A stretch of 64,000 nt of DNA from an uncultured virus (IMG/VR IMGVR_UViG_3300020451_000536). Taxonomy: Duplodnaviria; Heunggongvirae; Uroviricota; Caudoviricetes. The position numbers and the translations under genes were made by a program. Location of the stretch: IMG/VR virus record IMGVR_UViG_3300020451_000536; one strand, given 5' to 3'. Positions 45,720 through 54,555 of this stretch are shown one piece after another. Each line of letters starts with the position of its first letter. Within the stretch, counting starts at the first letter, position 1. The notes beneath the pieces are model-generated. The model saw nothing but the letters and a program-made list of their open reading frames with translations. It ran no database searches and was not told the origin of the DNA.

Positions 45720-47240
45720 CTAACTATCTGGTAGTGCGATATCATCAGCAGCATCACCAGAAATACTAGATGCGGCAACTAGAGTTTCATAATGTACTCT
45801 ACCAGCACGACCACCAGAACCTACTGTTTTCTTAACCCAACCGACATGAGATAATTCAGTTGTATTAGTATCACCGTCATTACCTAAACCAGTTGAAGCG
45901 ACAGCAGTTGCTGTTGTTGCACCAGTTACGATAGTAAATGTTTGAGCACTATGACCAGTACCAATGTTAATCGCAGTTCCACCTTCAGTAGCTGCAATCT
46001 TAAAAGTATCGTCAGTTTTATCTCTAACAAATACAGTTTGTCCGTTAGTTACATTGGTCATCAAAGTTCCACCACCTACTTGGTTGTAAGTGATTTGGTC
46101 AGTATCTGACAAACCGTGTCCAGTAAATGTAATCACATTTGAACTTGCATTTACATTACCAGTTGGAATTGTCATTTTAGGTGCTTCAACTGTTACAGCT
46201 GGTGTAGATTGATAATCAGAACCTACTGCTGTTACAGTGATTGCAGAAACAGCTCCACCAGAAATTGTTGCAGTTGCAGTTGCAGTAGTACCAGTTAATG
46301 TTTGTGAGTTATTACCAACATTACTAGAACCACCAGTCATATCAAGTGCAGTACCAGCATTTGCATTGTTTAGTGAACTTGCTAACTTAATAGTATCTGC
46401 ATCTACACGAATAACAAATAATTCAGTATCATCTGCAATATTACCACTATTTTGTGCAAGATTAGTTCCACCTTGACTATTATAAGTTATAGATGTACCA
46501 GTTCTCATATTATGGCCTGTAATTGTAAATGTATCGTTTGCAAGTGAAACATTTGCAGTTGTAAGAACTCTTGCAGTTGGGCCTGCAACTGTAATAGTTG
46601 GTGCTTGTACATATCTTGCACCAGTAGTTGATGTTAATGCAATATCAGTTACATTATCAACACCAGCAACAGATTCACCTTCATCTATACCTAATACATT
46701 AGTGTCAATAGTTCCACCATGTCCGTCTATTGGTGGTCTTGATACAGTAGCGGCAACTCCACTTTCTGTACTTCCACCAAAGTCAGATGTTAATGTTACA
46801 CCAGTATTTGTTTCACCAATAAATGTTTGTGAATTATTACCAGTACCAGTTAAGTCAATTACTGAACCACCTTCTGTTGCAGATACATCTATTGTATTTG
46901 CATCGTGAACAGTTTTAACAAATACGATTTGTCCATCTGTTAGTCCAGCGATTGCAGTTCCACCAGCTGCACTATATGTGAGTGGTGTGTTTGCAGTATA
47001 TCCGTGTGCAGTAATAGTAATTCTTTCATTACTTGCATTGACAGAAGATGTAGCAACTGTTCTAGGTGGTGTAAGGTTTTTTACTCTCACTTTTTCTCCA
47101 CCAGCTGTAGTCATCACATCACCGATTTTAAGTTCGGATTTGTAAGCTCCACTAGCGTTAGCTTGTACAATCGCACTTCCATTTGTAAAAGTGTGAGTAC
47201 CAGACAACGAGGAGCCATCGTTCATACTCCATAAACTCAT
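45720..47240 (-). CDS. virion structural protein with three tandem beta-repeats (FCCH-like)
   Basis: MSLW N-terminus, HVGWV...GRAGRV..ETLVA C-terminus; three ITxxHG..ITY..GGT..VFV..DT..LA repeats; late promoter 47266-47273. Confidence 0.75.
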   Translation of the reverse strand: MSLWSMNDGSSLSGTHTFTNGSAIVQANASGAYKSELKIGDVMTTAGGEKVRVKNLTPPRTVATSSVNASNERITITAHGYTANTPLTYSAAGGTAIAGLTDGQIVFVKTVHDANTIDVSATEGGSVIDLTGTGNNSQTFIGETNTGVTLTSDFGGSTESGVAATVSRPPIDGHGGTIDTNVLGIDEGESVAGVDNVTDIALTSTTGARYVQAPTITVAGPTARVLTTANVSLANDTFTITGHNMRTGTSITYNSQGGTNLAQNSGNIADDTELFVIRVDADTIKLASSLNNANAGTALDMTGGSSNVGNNSQTLTGTTATATATISGGAVSAITVTAVGSDYQSTPAVTVEAPKMTIPTGNVNASSNVITFTGHGLSDTDQITYNQVGGGTLMTNVTNGQTVFVRDKTDDTFKIAATEGGTAINIGTGHSAQTFTIVTGATTATAVASTGLGNDGDTNTTELSHVGWVKKTVGSGGRAGRVHYETLVAASSISGDAADDIALPDS

Positions 47241-47264
47241 TGTTTTCTCCTTATAGTTTTATAA

Positions 47265-47792
47265 CTATTTATAACCTAATTTTTTCAATTCGTTCAATGT
47301 TGTACTCACAGATAAATGATGTATTCCTATACCACCTTTTGATTTCCACTCTTTAATATTCTTAGCGTGGTCATCAATCAAAACATTAGGTTTGTTGTTT
47401 GTCATTGCGAAATCTTGTTTTTGAGAACGCCTTACTAAATGTATACGACTTCTCTGTGTTAATTTCAAATTCTTTCTCAACCATTTCATTTTACCAGGCA
47501 CACAGTTACTATCTTTTGTTGAATATGCAGATAATATATGTGAACCATATTTATTAACGAAACTCCATAATCTCTTTGCACCAGGCATCCAATCTAAGTT
47601 TTCCCAAAAGGTTTTATTCTTATGAATGGTTGCCCACCTTTTTGCATTATCCATTTTTACAAAGGATTGACCGACTTCTTTGTCAGCACCCTTTAAAAAA
47701 TCAACCAACACCATATCCATATCGCAAAATAGTGTTGGTAATTCCTCTTTCTCATTTAATGTAGAATTATAAACATCATAAAAATCTTTCAC
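47265..47792 (-). CDS. HAD-family 5'(3')-deoxyribonucleotidase-like phosphatase
   Basis: FCDMD.VLVDF, FW.NL.WMP, ILSA, GK..W, LIDD..KNI.EW...GGIGI motifs. Confidence 0.85.
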   Translation of the reverse strand: MKDFYDVYNSTLNEKEELPTLFCDMDMVLVDFLKGADKEVGQSFVKMDNAKRWATIHKNKTFWENLDWMPGAKRLWSFVNKYGSHILSAYSTKDSNCVPGKMKWLRKNLKLTQRSRIHLVRRSQKQDFAMTNNKPNVLIDDHAKNIKEWKSKGGIGIHHLSVSTTLNELKKLGYK

Positions 47793-47845
47793 TTTACCTC
47801 TCTTTTCATTCTGTTATTATAACATACTATCGTGGTTTGTCAACC

Positions 47846-48541
47846 CTATGCAGATTTTTTACCAATTTTAGTCTGTTCTTTAGTATCTACATCAGACATT
47901 GGTTTACCAGTCATAGTCTTATGCATTTTTTTACCTTTGATAACTTCTTTCTTTTTATCATCTTTTTTATGGTCTTCGTGTCCTTCTTCAGTAACAATTT
48001 CTAAGTCTTTAGTTGGAACTTGTTTTTCAATTCCGTGATGAAACCAAACATCATACCATTCAACCATACCTTTTTTATCTGGGTCAGCGTGCATAGAGTG
48101 TATTGTATTACCTCTACCCCATTTTTCGTGTACTACATTTTTTGCACACATATGCCAATGATTGGCTGGGTTAGGTGAATCTTCTAGTTTCTTTTCTTCT
48201 AGAGTTTCTTTTTTAGGTTCAACAGATTCTTTTACTGCATCACCCCATACTTTTTTTAGAGCATCTCTCATAGTATCAACTCTAAAATATGCGTTTTCAT
48301 TTTTAGACATTTTTGATTCCTTTTCAGTTTCTTTTTTCATTGCTTTAGATATTGCTTTTCTTTTCTTGTGAAGAAATTTATCACTTGAATCAACATCTCC
48401 ATCATTATCAATATCTTTATCTTTTCTATCGTCAAACTTTTTCTTTACAGCGTCTTTATTTACTGGGTCTAATTTTTTCTCGTAAACAGATAACACGGCA
48501 TTTTCCAAAGTTCCATTTTTTGTATCAAAATACTTTGTCAT
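47846..48541 (-). CDS. putative virion internal protein (modular)
   Basis: KLDPV, DIDNDGDVDSSD.FLH.KRKAI module; CA..VVHE.WG.G...HA.PD..G.V.WYDVWF.HG.E module. Confidence 0.6.
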   Translation of the reverse strand: MTKYFDTKNGTLENAVLSVYEKKLDPVNKDAVKKKFDDRKDKDIDNDGDVDSSDKFLHKKRKAISKAMKKETEKESKMSKNENAYFRVDTMRDALKKVWGDAVKESVEPKKETLEEKKLEDSPNPANHWHMCAKNVVHEKWGRGNTIHSMHADPDKKGMVEWYDVWFHHGIEKQVPTKDLEIVTEEGHEDHKKDDKKKEVIKGKKMHKTMTGKPMSDVDTKEQTKIGKKSA

Positions 48542-49581
48542 TAATTTTCTCCTTGTTTCTCACGACTCGCATCTGTAACATCTTTAATTTTTGCTCTTTG
48601 CATAATTGTGTCGTGTTTATCTTTCATTCTCTCTTTTTCTCTATTAATCAATTCTTTGGCGGCATCAGTAGCATCACCTTCCATCATACCAATATGTGAT
48701 TGAACTCTTTTGGATTGACCTAAATGCATTTTAGATGCAGCTCTTAATTCATCACAAATAGTATCTAGTGTTTTGTTTTCTAAATCTAATTTATCAATAC
48801 GAACTGCCTGACTTAAATGTTTTTTAGATGCACCTTTAAGTTCTTCAACAACTTTTTTCATATCCTCTAAATCACCTTCTTTTTCCATAATAACACTTTC
48901 TTCAATAGGGTTCAGAATATAATCTCTCATTTTATTCATACTGTTTGATGCAACTGCAAGTTTATTAGTCCACCAAGTTGGTAGTGAACCTTCCTTATCC
49001 ATAGAGTTTAGTTTACTCATAATCTCATTTGCATCTTCAATAACTGTTTTGCATTTTCTAATCATTGATGGAACATCACTATGTCCATCTTCATTAAGTT
49101 CTTCTTTTAATGCTTTTTCAACACCTTTGGAACTATCTTTACCATATTTCTTTTCAAGTGCCTTCATTAATTGTTTATCAAACTTCTTAACTTCAGGGCC
49201 CTTTGTAATACCTTTTTTTTGTAATTCACGATAATATTTAAAAAGTGCTGGTGCTTTGAGTTCTATAAAATTACCCACCTCTATTCTTGCCTGTAAAGGG
49301 TCTGGATTTTTTCTTTTCATAAGTTGAGCAATCCTTGCAACTATAGCTTCTTTCGGAGGTAATGCTTGAACATATCTAGATTCATTGGTTTCTTTTTTTG
49401 CCATCTTTGTTGCAACTGCCATTTTAACTTGCATACCTTTTTCTTTACCATATCTTTTTTCAAAATCTTTTAAAGGTAAATCTTTTGCAATCTCTTCTCT
49501 GCGTTTCAACTCATTTGGAGTCAGTGTTCTTTCCCTAACTTGTTGATACATCTCTGTCATAGTTTTTCTATATGTTGTCAT
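48541..49581 (-). CDS. putative virion internal polyprotein
   Basis: modules (KRYG....V..A.ATKMA; DGHSDV..LPTWWTNKL; two LxxASKxHxxQ repeats) separated by acidic xE linkers. Confidence 0.6.
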   Translation of the reverse strand: MTTYRKTMTEMYQQVRERTLTPNELKRREEIAKDLPLKDFEKRYGKEKGMQVKMAVATKMAKKETNESRYVQALPPKEAIVARIAQLMKRKNPDPLQARIEVGNFIELKAPALFKYYRELQKKGITKGPEVKKFDKQLMKALEKKYGKDSSKGVEKALKEELNEDGHSDVPSMIRKCKTVIEDANEIMSKLNSMDKEGSLPTWWTNKLAVASNSMNKMRDYILNPIEESVIMEKEGDLEDMKKVVEELKGASKKHLSQAVRIDKLDLENKTLDTICDELRAASKMHLGQSKRVQSHIGMMEGDATDAAKELINREKERMKDKHDTIMQRAKIKDVTDASREKQGEN

Positions 49582-49589
49582 AACTTTTC

Positions 49590-52463
49590 CTAATTATCAA
49601 CCTTTGCACCTTTTCTCCACTGAAAACAACTCCAGTATCGTGCTTTTGTTTTTGGGCCAGGATTATCGCAATTATGTCTTGCTCTAAAACTTTTTAATCT
49701 GCCTGGGTCGTCCCTCTTAATCTCCATATTTGGGTCACCGAAAGTCACTTTAACTACATTACCTTTTTCATTTTTTACATAAACACCAAACTTTTTATTA
49801 CTTCCACTAGGTAGTCTAAATGGGTCATTTAACTTAACTTTACGACCTTGATATTCAGATTCTACTATCTCTAGTTTCTCTATATATTTATCTTCTAAAT
49901 CTTCTTTAGAAATCTTTGACCTCATGCGATTATAGGTTTCTTGGAGTTTTTCTTCCCATTCATCTTTGTATCTTTCTTGATACTCTTTTCTAGTAGACGG
50001 TCTTTCAAACCACTCTTGTATATTGGATTCACTCGCAACCTTTGACTTGACTGACTGTTCATAGTCTTGGCCTGGTGTAACATCAAATGTATGTCTAGCA
50101 TAAGGTTCTCCTATTTCATATGATTCTTTCTTCTTTTTCTTTTTAGATGCTCTTGCTTGTTTTTGTAAATCTGGGTCTGCCTTACCACCAGTTAACATTG
50201 AGTTCACTCTTGCAAATGCCCATTGTTGTGGTGTAGTGCCTGGTCTGTGTCCAGTTCTCCAAGCTGCAAGTCCTCTATCATAACTCTTCTTTAAAATACC
50301 ATAAGGAACACCAGTTTGTTGTGATTTCTTAACAAGACCAGCAATCTTCTCAGTAAGATTTACAGATTCATCTATTTCAAAATCAACTTTAGCTGCAAGG
50401 TCAGATGGTAATTTACCTTTTTTTACTAAACCATTAATGTAATATGCGATATCTCTTGCTTCAATACCCTTTACCATTTGTCCTAATGCACTAGCAGGAT
50501 TTCTATGTCCTTGTTTATGCATTTGTACATACATTTTAAGTATCTTATCATAACCTTTAGGGTGAGTCATTTGATGTATCTTATCATAGATTTTTCTATA
50601 ATAAGGCATTTCTTTTATATCAGTTTCTTCACCTTTTGCTCTTTTTAATTGTGCTGGTGTAGGTGCTCCTTTTTCGCCAGGTTTTCTCATTTTCTCACCA
50701 GAACCTTGTTTTATTCTTTGTCTTTTTTTATGAATGTTTTTCCAAAGACTTTCATCAATCTCAAGTTGTTCTTTTAATGCCTTTAATAAATCTTTATATG
50801 ACTTTGAAATTTTACTTTGAAACTTTTCTTTGTCTGCTGGTTTCTTCATAGAATCATATTTTGTTTGAACTGCTTGTGCAATCTTAGATGAAACTTTTAC
50901 TTTCTTCTTATCCATAAATTGTACTGGAAAATTACCTCGTAAAGATACAGACTTTCTTAATTGCATCATAATATTTTTATCTGCAGCTTTGATATCATCA
51001 TCTGTTGCAAAATCATCAACATCTGCTGGGTCTATTCTTCTTTCACCATACATCTGTTTAAACTTTTTAGTATACTGTGATGGTTTAGTTTTCTTATCTT
51101 TATCACCAGGCGCTGGTTTGTATGCGTTAGGATTATCATCGTCCATTTTCGCTCCCTTCGTAAAATGGGCATCTCTTGCCTTTTTAGTAGATACAGACAT
51201 TCCTTTTTTATCACCTACACCTTTTGCATAATACTTTGCTGGTTCTGTGCCTGGACTGTCTTTTATATCTGGGTCTTGTTTAACTTTTTTTATTTTTTTT
51301 GCTTCTTTTATTGAATGAAGAAATGATTTATATACATTATCACCATCTGTGTATTGTACATAGTTTGTTCCTCTTCTAATAATCTCACCACTAGTTCCAT
51401 CATTTATATTTTCTACCAAGTCTCCGATTTGATAGATTGCACCTCTGACATATAAATCTCTTTCAATTTCATCATCAGAGTATTTTGAATTCTCTTTTAA
51501 GTTCATACCTTTCCTCACATCCTTGAATAATTGATTACCATTTTTAAAACCTCGTGGTAATCCTTTTTGAAATGTATCATAATCATTATTGGTTGCAGCT
51601 GCCCTCATCTTAGATGCACTCATTCCAGTAACACCTTCTGCATCTGGGTCTCTTTCACCAGCACTAAAAATTTGTATAGTATCAAAATCATAAAAACCGT
51701 GTCTTTTTTCTTGACCATTATATGTTGTCAATAGTTTTTTAAACTCTGCAACTCTATCCGAACCAACCACCATATTTAATTCTACATAACCTTGTTGGTG
51801 AAAATAAACTGCAATATCTAAAACTGTTTTTAATTTATTATTTGCGATTATGTTTCTTTTATGTTTTGGAAACATATCTCTCATATATGCAACTTTCTTT
51901 GCAAGTGGTAAAGGGTCTTTCTTATTGTTCTGAGAATGTGATGGGAATATATAATAGTCATCACCACCAGCAATCTTCTTGACTTTCTCTATTAGTTTTT
52001 CGTGACCAGTTGTTGGTGGATTAAATCTACCAAATGTAAATACAACTGATTCAGTTGCTTCTGAAAAAGTTCTAAACGATTCGTATTTAATAACCTTATT
52101 GGGTGTTTTGAAGTTTTGTTTTCTCATAATGGTCTTGTTTGTTACTTCTATCTCATTACCTTTTGTTTTAATAACAACTGGTAAATTTAAATTAGTTGAC
52201 ATATCTTTTAAAACAGCTTGTATGTCTGGGTTGTTTATTATATTTCTTGCTTTGTTTTTTTGAATCTTTTTAAAAAACCTTTGTAGTTCAGATACTTTAA
52301 TCTCTGGACTATTTCTTGGGTCATTCATTCTATCTACAAAGTGTTTAGTAAATTCTATATCAACTCCATATTTTTTTAATATTCTATCTGCAAATTTTTC
52401 TAAATCATTTATATCCTTTCTTGATACATCCTTTTCTAATAACTCTCTAAGTTTCATTTCCAA
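49590..52463 (-). CDS. multidomain protein containing a HIGH-family nucleotidyltransferase (cytidylyltransferase-like) domain
   Basis: FTFGRFNPPTTGH, VGSDR, SAG.RD, MSASKMR motifs plus several small accessory modules. Confidence 0.8.
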   Translation of the reverse strand: MEMKLRELLEKDVSRKDINDLEKFADRILKKYGVDIEFTKHFVDRMNDPRNSPEIKVSELQRFFKKIQKNKARNIINNPDIQAVLKDMSTNLNLPVVIKTKGNEIEVTNKTIMRKQNFKTPNKVIKYESFRTFSEATESVVFTFGRFNPPTTGHEKLIEKVKKIAGGDDYYIFPSHSQNNKKDPLPLAKKVAYMRDMFPKHKRNIIANNKLKTVLDIAVYFHQQGYVELNMVVGSDRVAEFKKLLTTYNGQEKRHGFYDFDTIQIFSAGERDPDAEGVTGMSASKMRAAATNNDYDTFQKGLPRGFKNGNQLFKDVRKGMNLKENSKYSDDEIERDLYVRGAIYQIGDLVENINDGTSGEIIRRGTNYVQYTDGDNVYKSFLHSIKEAKKIKKVKQDPDIKDSPGTEPAKYYAKGVGDKKGMSVSTKKARDAHFTKGAKMDDDNPNAYKPAPGDKDKKTKPSQYTKKFKQMYGERRIDPADVDDFATDDDIKAADKNIMMQLRKSVSLRGNFPVQFMDKKKVKVSSKIAQAVQTKYDSMKKPADKEKFQSKISKSYKDLLKALKEQLEIDESLWKNIHKKRQRIKQGSGEKMRKPGEKGAPTPAQLKRAKGEETDIKEMPYYRKIYDKIHQMTHPKGYDKILKMYVQMHKQGHRNPASALGQMVKGIEARDIAYYINGLVKKGKLPSDLAAKVDFEIDESVNLTEKIAGLVKKSQQTGVPYGILKKSYDRGLAAWRTGHRPGTTPQQWAFARVNSMLTGGKADPDLQKQARASKKKKKKESYEIGEPYARHTFDVTPGQDYEQSVKSKVASESNIQEWFERPSTRKEYQERYKDEWEEKLQETYNRMRSKISKEDLEDKYIEKLEIVESEYQGRKVKLNDPFRLPSGSNKKFGVYVKNEKGNVVKVTFGDPNMEIKRDDPGRLKSFRARHNCDNPGPKTKARYWSCFQWRKGAKVDN

Positions 52464-52647
52464 CCTCTACTATTGGTTCACTACCATATGTGTCTATGTA
52501 ATCACCTTTAGATGATTTCATATATTTTCTTGTGGTAACATCTTTTACCAACATACCATTTTTTAAAGTGTAAGTGATATATTTTGCTACAATTACACCG
52601 TCTTTACTTCTATTAATATGTTCTTTCATAGGCCCTTCTTCAATCAT
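52447..52647 (-). CDS. hypothetical protein
   Basis: ORF chain; TTRKY...DY.D motif. Confidence 0.55.
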   Translation of the reverse strand: MIEEGPMKEHINRSKDGVIVAKYITYTLKNGMLVKDVTTRKYMKSSKGDYIDTYGSEPIVEVGNET

Positions 52648-53105
52648 TATTTTGCTCTCATTTTTGCAATTCTCTCTCTATCTGCAATTCTAACTTTTCT
52701 TTCTTGTTTCTTCGCAATCTTGTTAATCTTCTTTTTAACATTAGGTTTAGATAAGAAGTTTTGAGTTATCTGTGCTTTTCTTTGCATTGGTAAACTTCTA
52801 TATGGAAGTTTGTATATCTTTTGCACTAACAAATCAATCGCTTTCTTTCTTGCAATTCTTTTTATTGCTTCTGGTTTTTTATATCTTTTTAATGACCTCA
52901 TTCTTTTCTTCACAAACATTGCAGATTTTGCTCTTAACTTTCTTCCTGCCTTTCTTGCTCTTTGTATGAACTTAGAAATCGCAGTAACTTCGTCAAGATT
53001 TTCACTATCCATAATCTCAACAATCTCTTGGTCTATGGAATACATATCTCTCACATCATCATCTAAATCCATAACAAACTTTTTTAACTCTGTAAATGTT
53101 TTCAT
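52647..53105 (-). CDS. basic hypothetical protein
   Basis: MKTFTEL leader, acidic LDE linker then Lys/Arg-rich helix. Confidence 0.65.
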   Translation of the reverse strand: MKTFTELKKFVMDLDDDVRDMYSIDQEIVEIMDSENLDEVTAISKFIQRARKAGRKLRAKSAMFVKKRMRSLKRYKKPEAIKRIARKKAIDLLVQKIYKLPYRSLPMQRKAQITQNFLSKPNVKKKINKIAKKQERKVRIADRERIAKMRAK

Positions 53106-53422
53106 TTGTTCATTTCCTTTGTTTTCTTTTTCATCTTCTCTATATAAGCACGATAGATTGCAGCCTCTTTTGTTTTACCAGCAACTTTTGCTCTTTGTTC
53201 CATCGCAATCGCAGCTTGTATTTTGTGTGCGTGTTTTCTATTACTACTATTTATTTTCTTTACACTTGCCCTTGCAGTCTTTTCATCTTTAAATCCTAGT
53301 CCGTGTATTGTACCTTTAGGATTCTCATCTGTATATAAATCAGAATGTTTATCAGACCCTGCTGGTTGACCTTTCTTTCTAGGTATTCTTGGTGCTTCTA
53401 TAAATTGTTTAAATGTTTTCAT
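53102..53422 (-). CDS. conserved basic protein with capsid-targeting-like leader
   Basis: MKTFKQFIE; DLYTDENPKGTIHGLGFKD..TA, MEQRA motifs. Confidence 0.7.
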   Translation of the reverse strand: MKTFKQFIEAPRIPRKKGQPAGSDKHSDLYTDENPKGTIHGLGFKDEKTARASVKKINSSNRKHAHKIQAAIAMEQRAKVAGKTKEAAIYRAYIEKMKKKTKEMNK

Positions 53423-54486
53423 TAAAACTTTATATCCTTTTTAAAACTTACATCTGGTTCTGCACCTAGAAACTTCATCAAACTATTCACACCCTTAGAT
53501 ATAAATGATTTAACTTTGTTTATGACACCACTAAATAAAGATTTAACTTTCTTTTTTATAGTATCAATAATACCCTCTGAAATATCTTCTTGTTTATCAC
53601 TTGTCATACTATTGACAATCAAAGATACAACTGACCAAAAATTATATTCACCAGTCTTTTCACCTTTTACTTTTCTAGAAGATGTTTTAAATCTTGCTTG
53701 TAATCTCATTGCATTTGCAATCTTTTGACAATATGCATCATCATCAACACTATGAATCTCAACTTTAGTACCAGTATTATTTGCAACAACCATAAACTCA
53801 GCTGCACTTTTACTATTACGACCATACTTTTCATATCCAGACATTGCTTCTCTTGCAAATGCGATTTTAAATTTATCTGACTCTTCAAATAAATTTCCTA
53901 ACTCTCTCATACAATCTTTATGTGCCTTTTCTGCTGAGTTAACAACTGGGTTATCACCTTTTTTTATTATTGGTCTTAATTGACTAGGTGCAAGTGTACT
54001 CGTAACAAATGACTCAAAAACATCATTAACTTTTTTAAATTGTTCTGACTTTGATAACTCTGGTGTAGATTTTAACGCACCATAAAATGTTGCAGTTGAT
54101 TCTGATTTACCACCAGACATTAATTGTGCTAATCCAATTTTTAAAGATATTCTTTTATCACCTATTAATATATCAGTTTTAGGTGTTGTATCTGTTGCAC
54201 CATATGATTTCCAAAAAGGTGTTAATTTAGATTTTGCACGACCATATTGTTCTGCCTTTGCATTTTTATTTCCAAACTTCTTTGCGATTGCATTTGCAAT
54301 TAACTCACCAGTTTGTATTGCAGACTTATTATTTTGTAACATATCATAAACTTTTGAACTTATGCCTGATGATGGTACATCTAATTTCTTTTTATTATTA
54401 TTGTGCCAACCAATAACAATAGCTGCTTCATAATCTTCTGCTTTTAATTTTTGTTCTTGTAAAATAAATTGTTTAAATTTTAACAT
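53422..54486 (-). CDS. putative PD-(D/E)XK nuclease-like protein
   Basis: TPKTDI...ISLK motif; MLKFKQFILQE leader. Confidence 0.55.
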   Translation of the reverse strand: MLKFKQFILQEQKLKAEDYEAAIVIGWHNNNKKKLDVPSSGISSKVYDMLQNNKSAIQTGELIANAIAKKFGNKNAKAEQYGRAKSKLTPFWKSYGATDTTPKTDILIGDKRISLKIGLAQLMSGGKSESTATFYGALKSTPELSKSEQFKKVNDVFESFVTSTLAPSQLRPIIKKGDNPVVNSAEKAHKDCMRELGNLFEESDKFKIAFAREAMSGYEKYGRNSKSAAEFMVVANNTGTKVEIHSVDDDAYCQKIANAMRLQARFKTSSRKVKGEKTGEYNFWSVVSLIVNSMTSDKQEDISEGIIDTIKKKVKSLFSGVINKVKSFISKGVNSLMKFLGAEPDVSFKKDIKF

Positions 54487-54555
54487 AATATATTTCCTTT
54501 CAATTTTTTAATTATTATTATCTTACAGTTACTATATTTAAATCTATTTGTCAAG

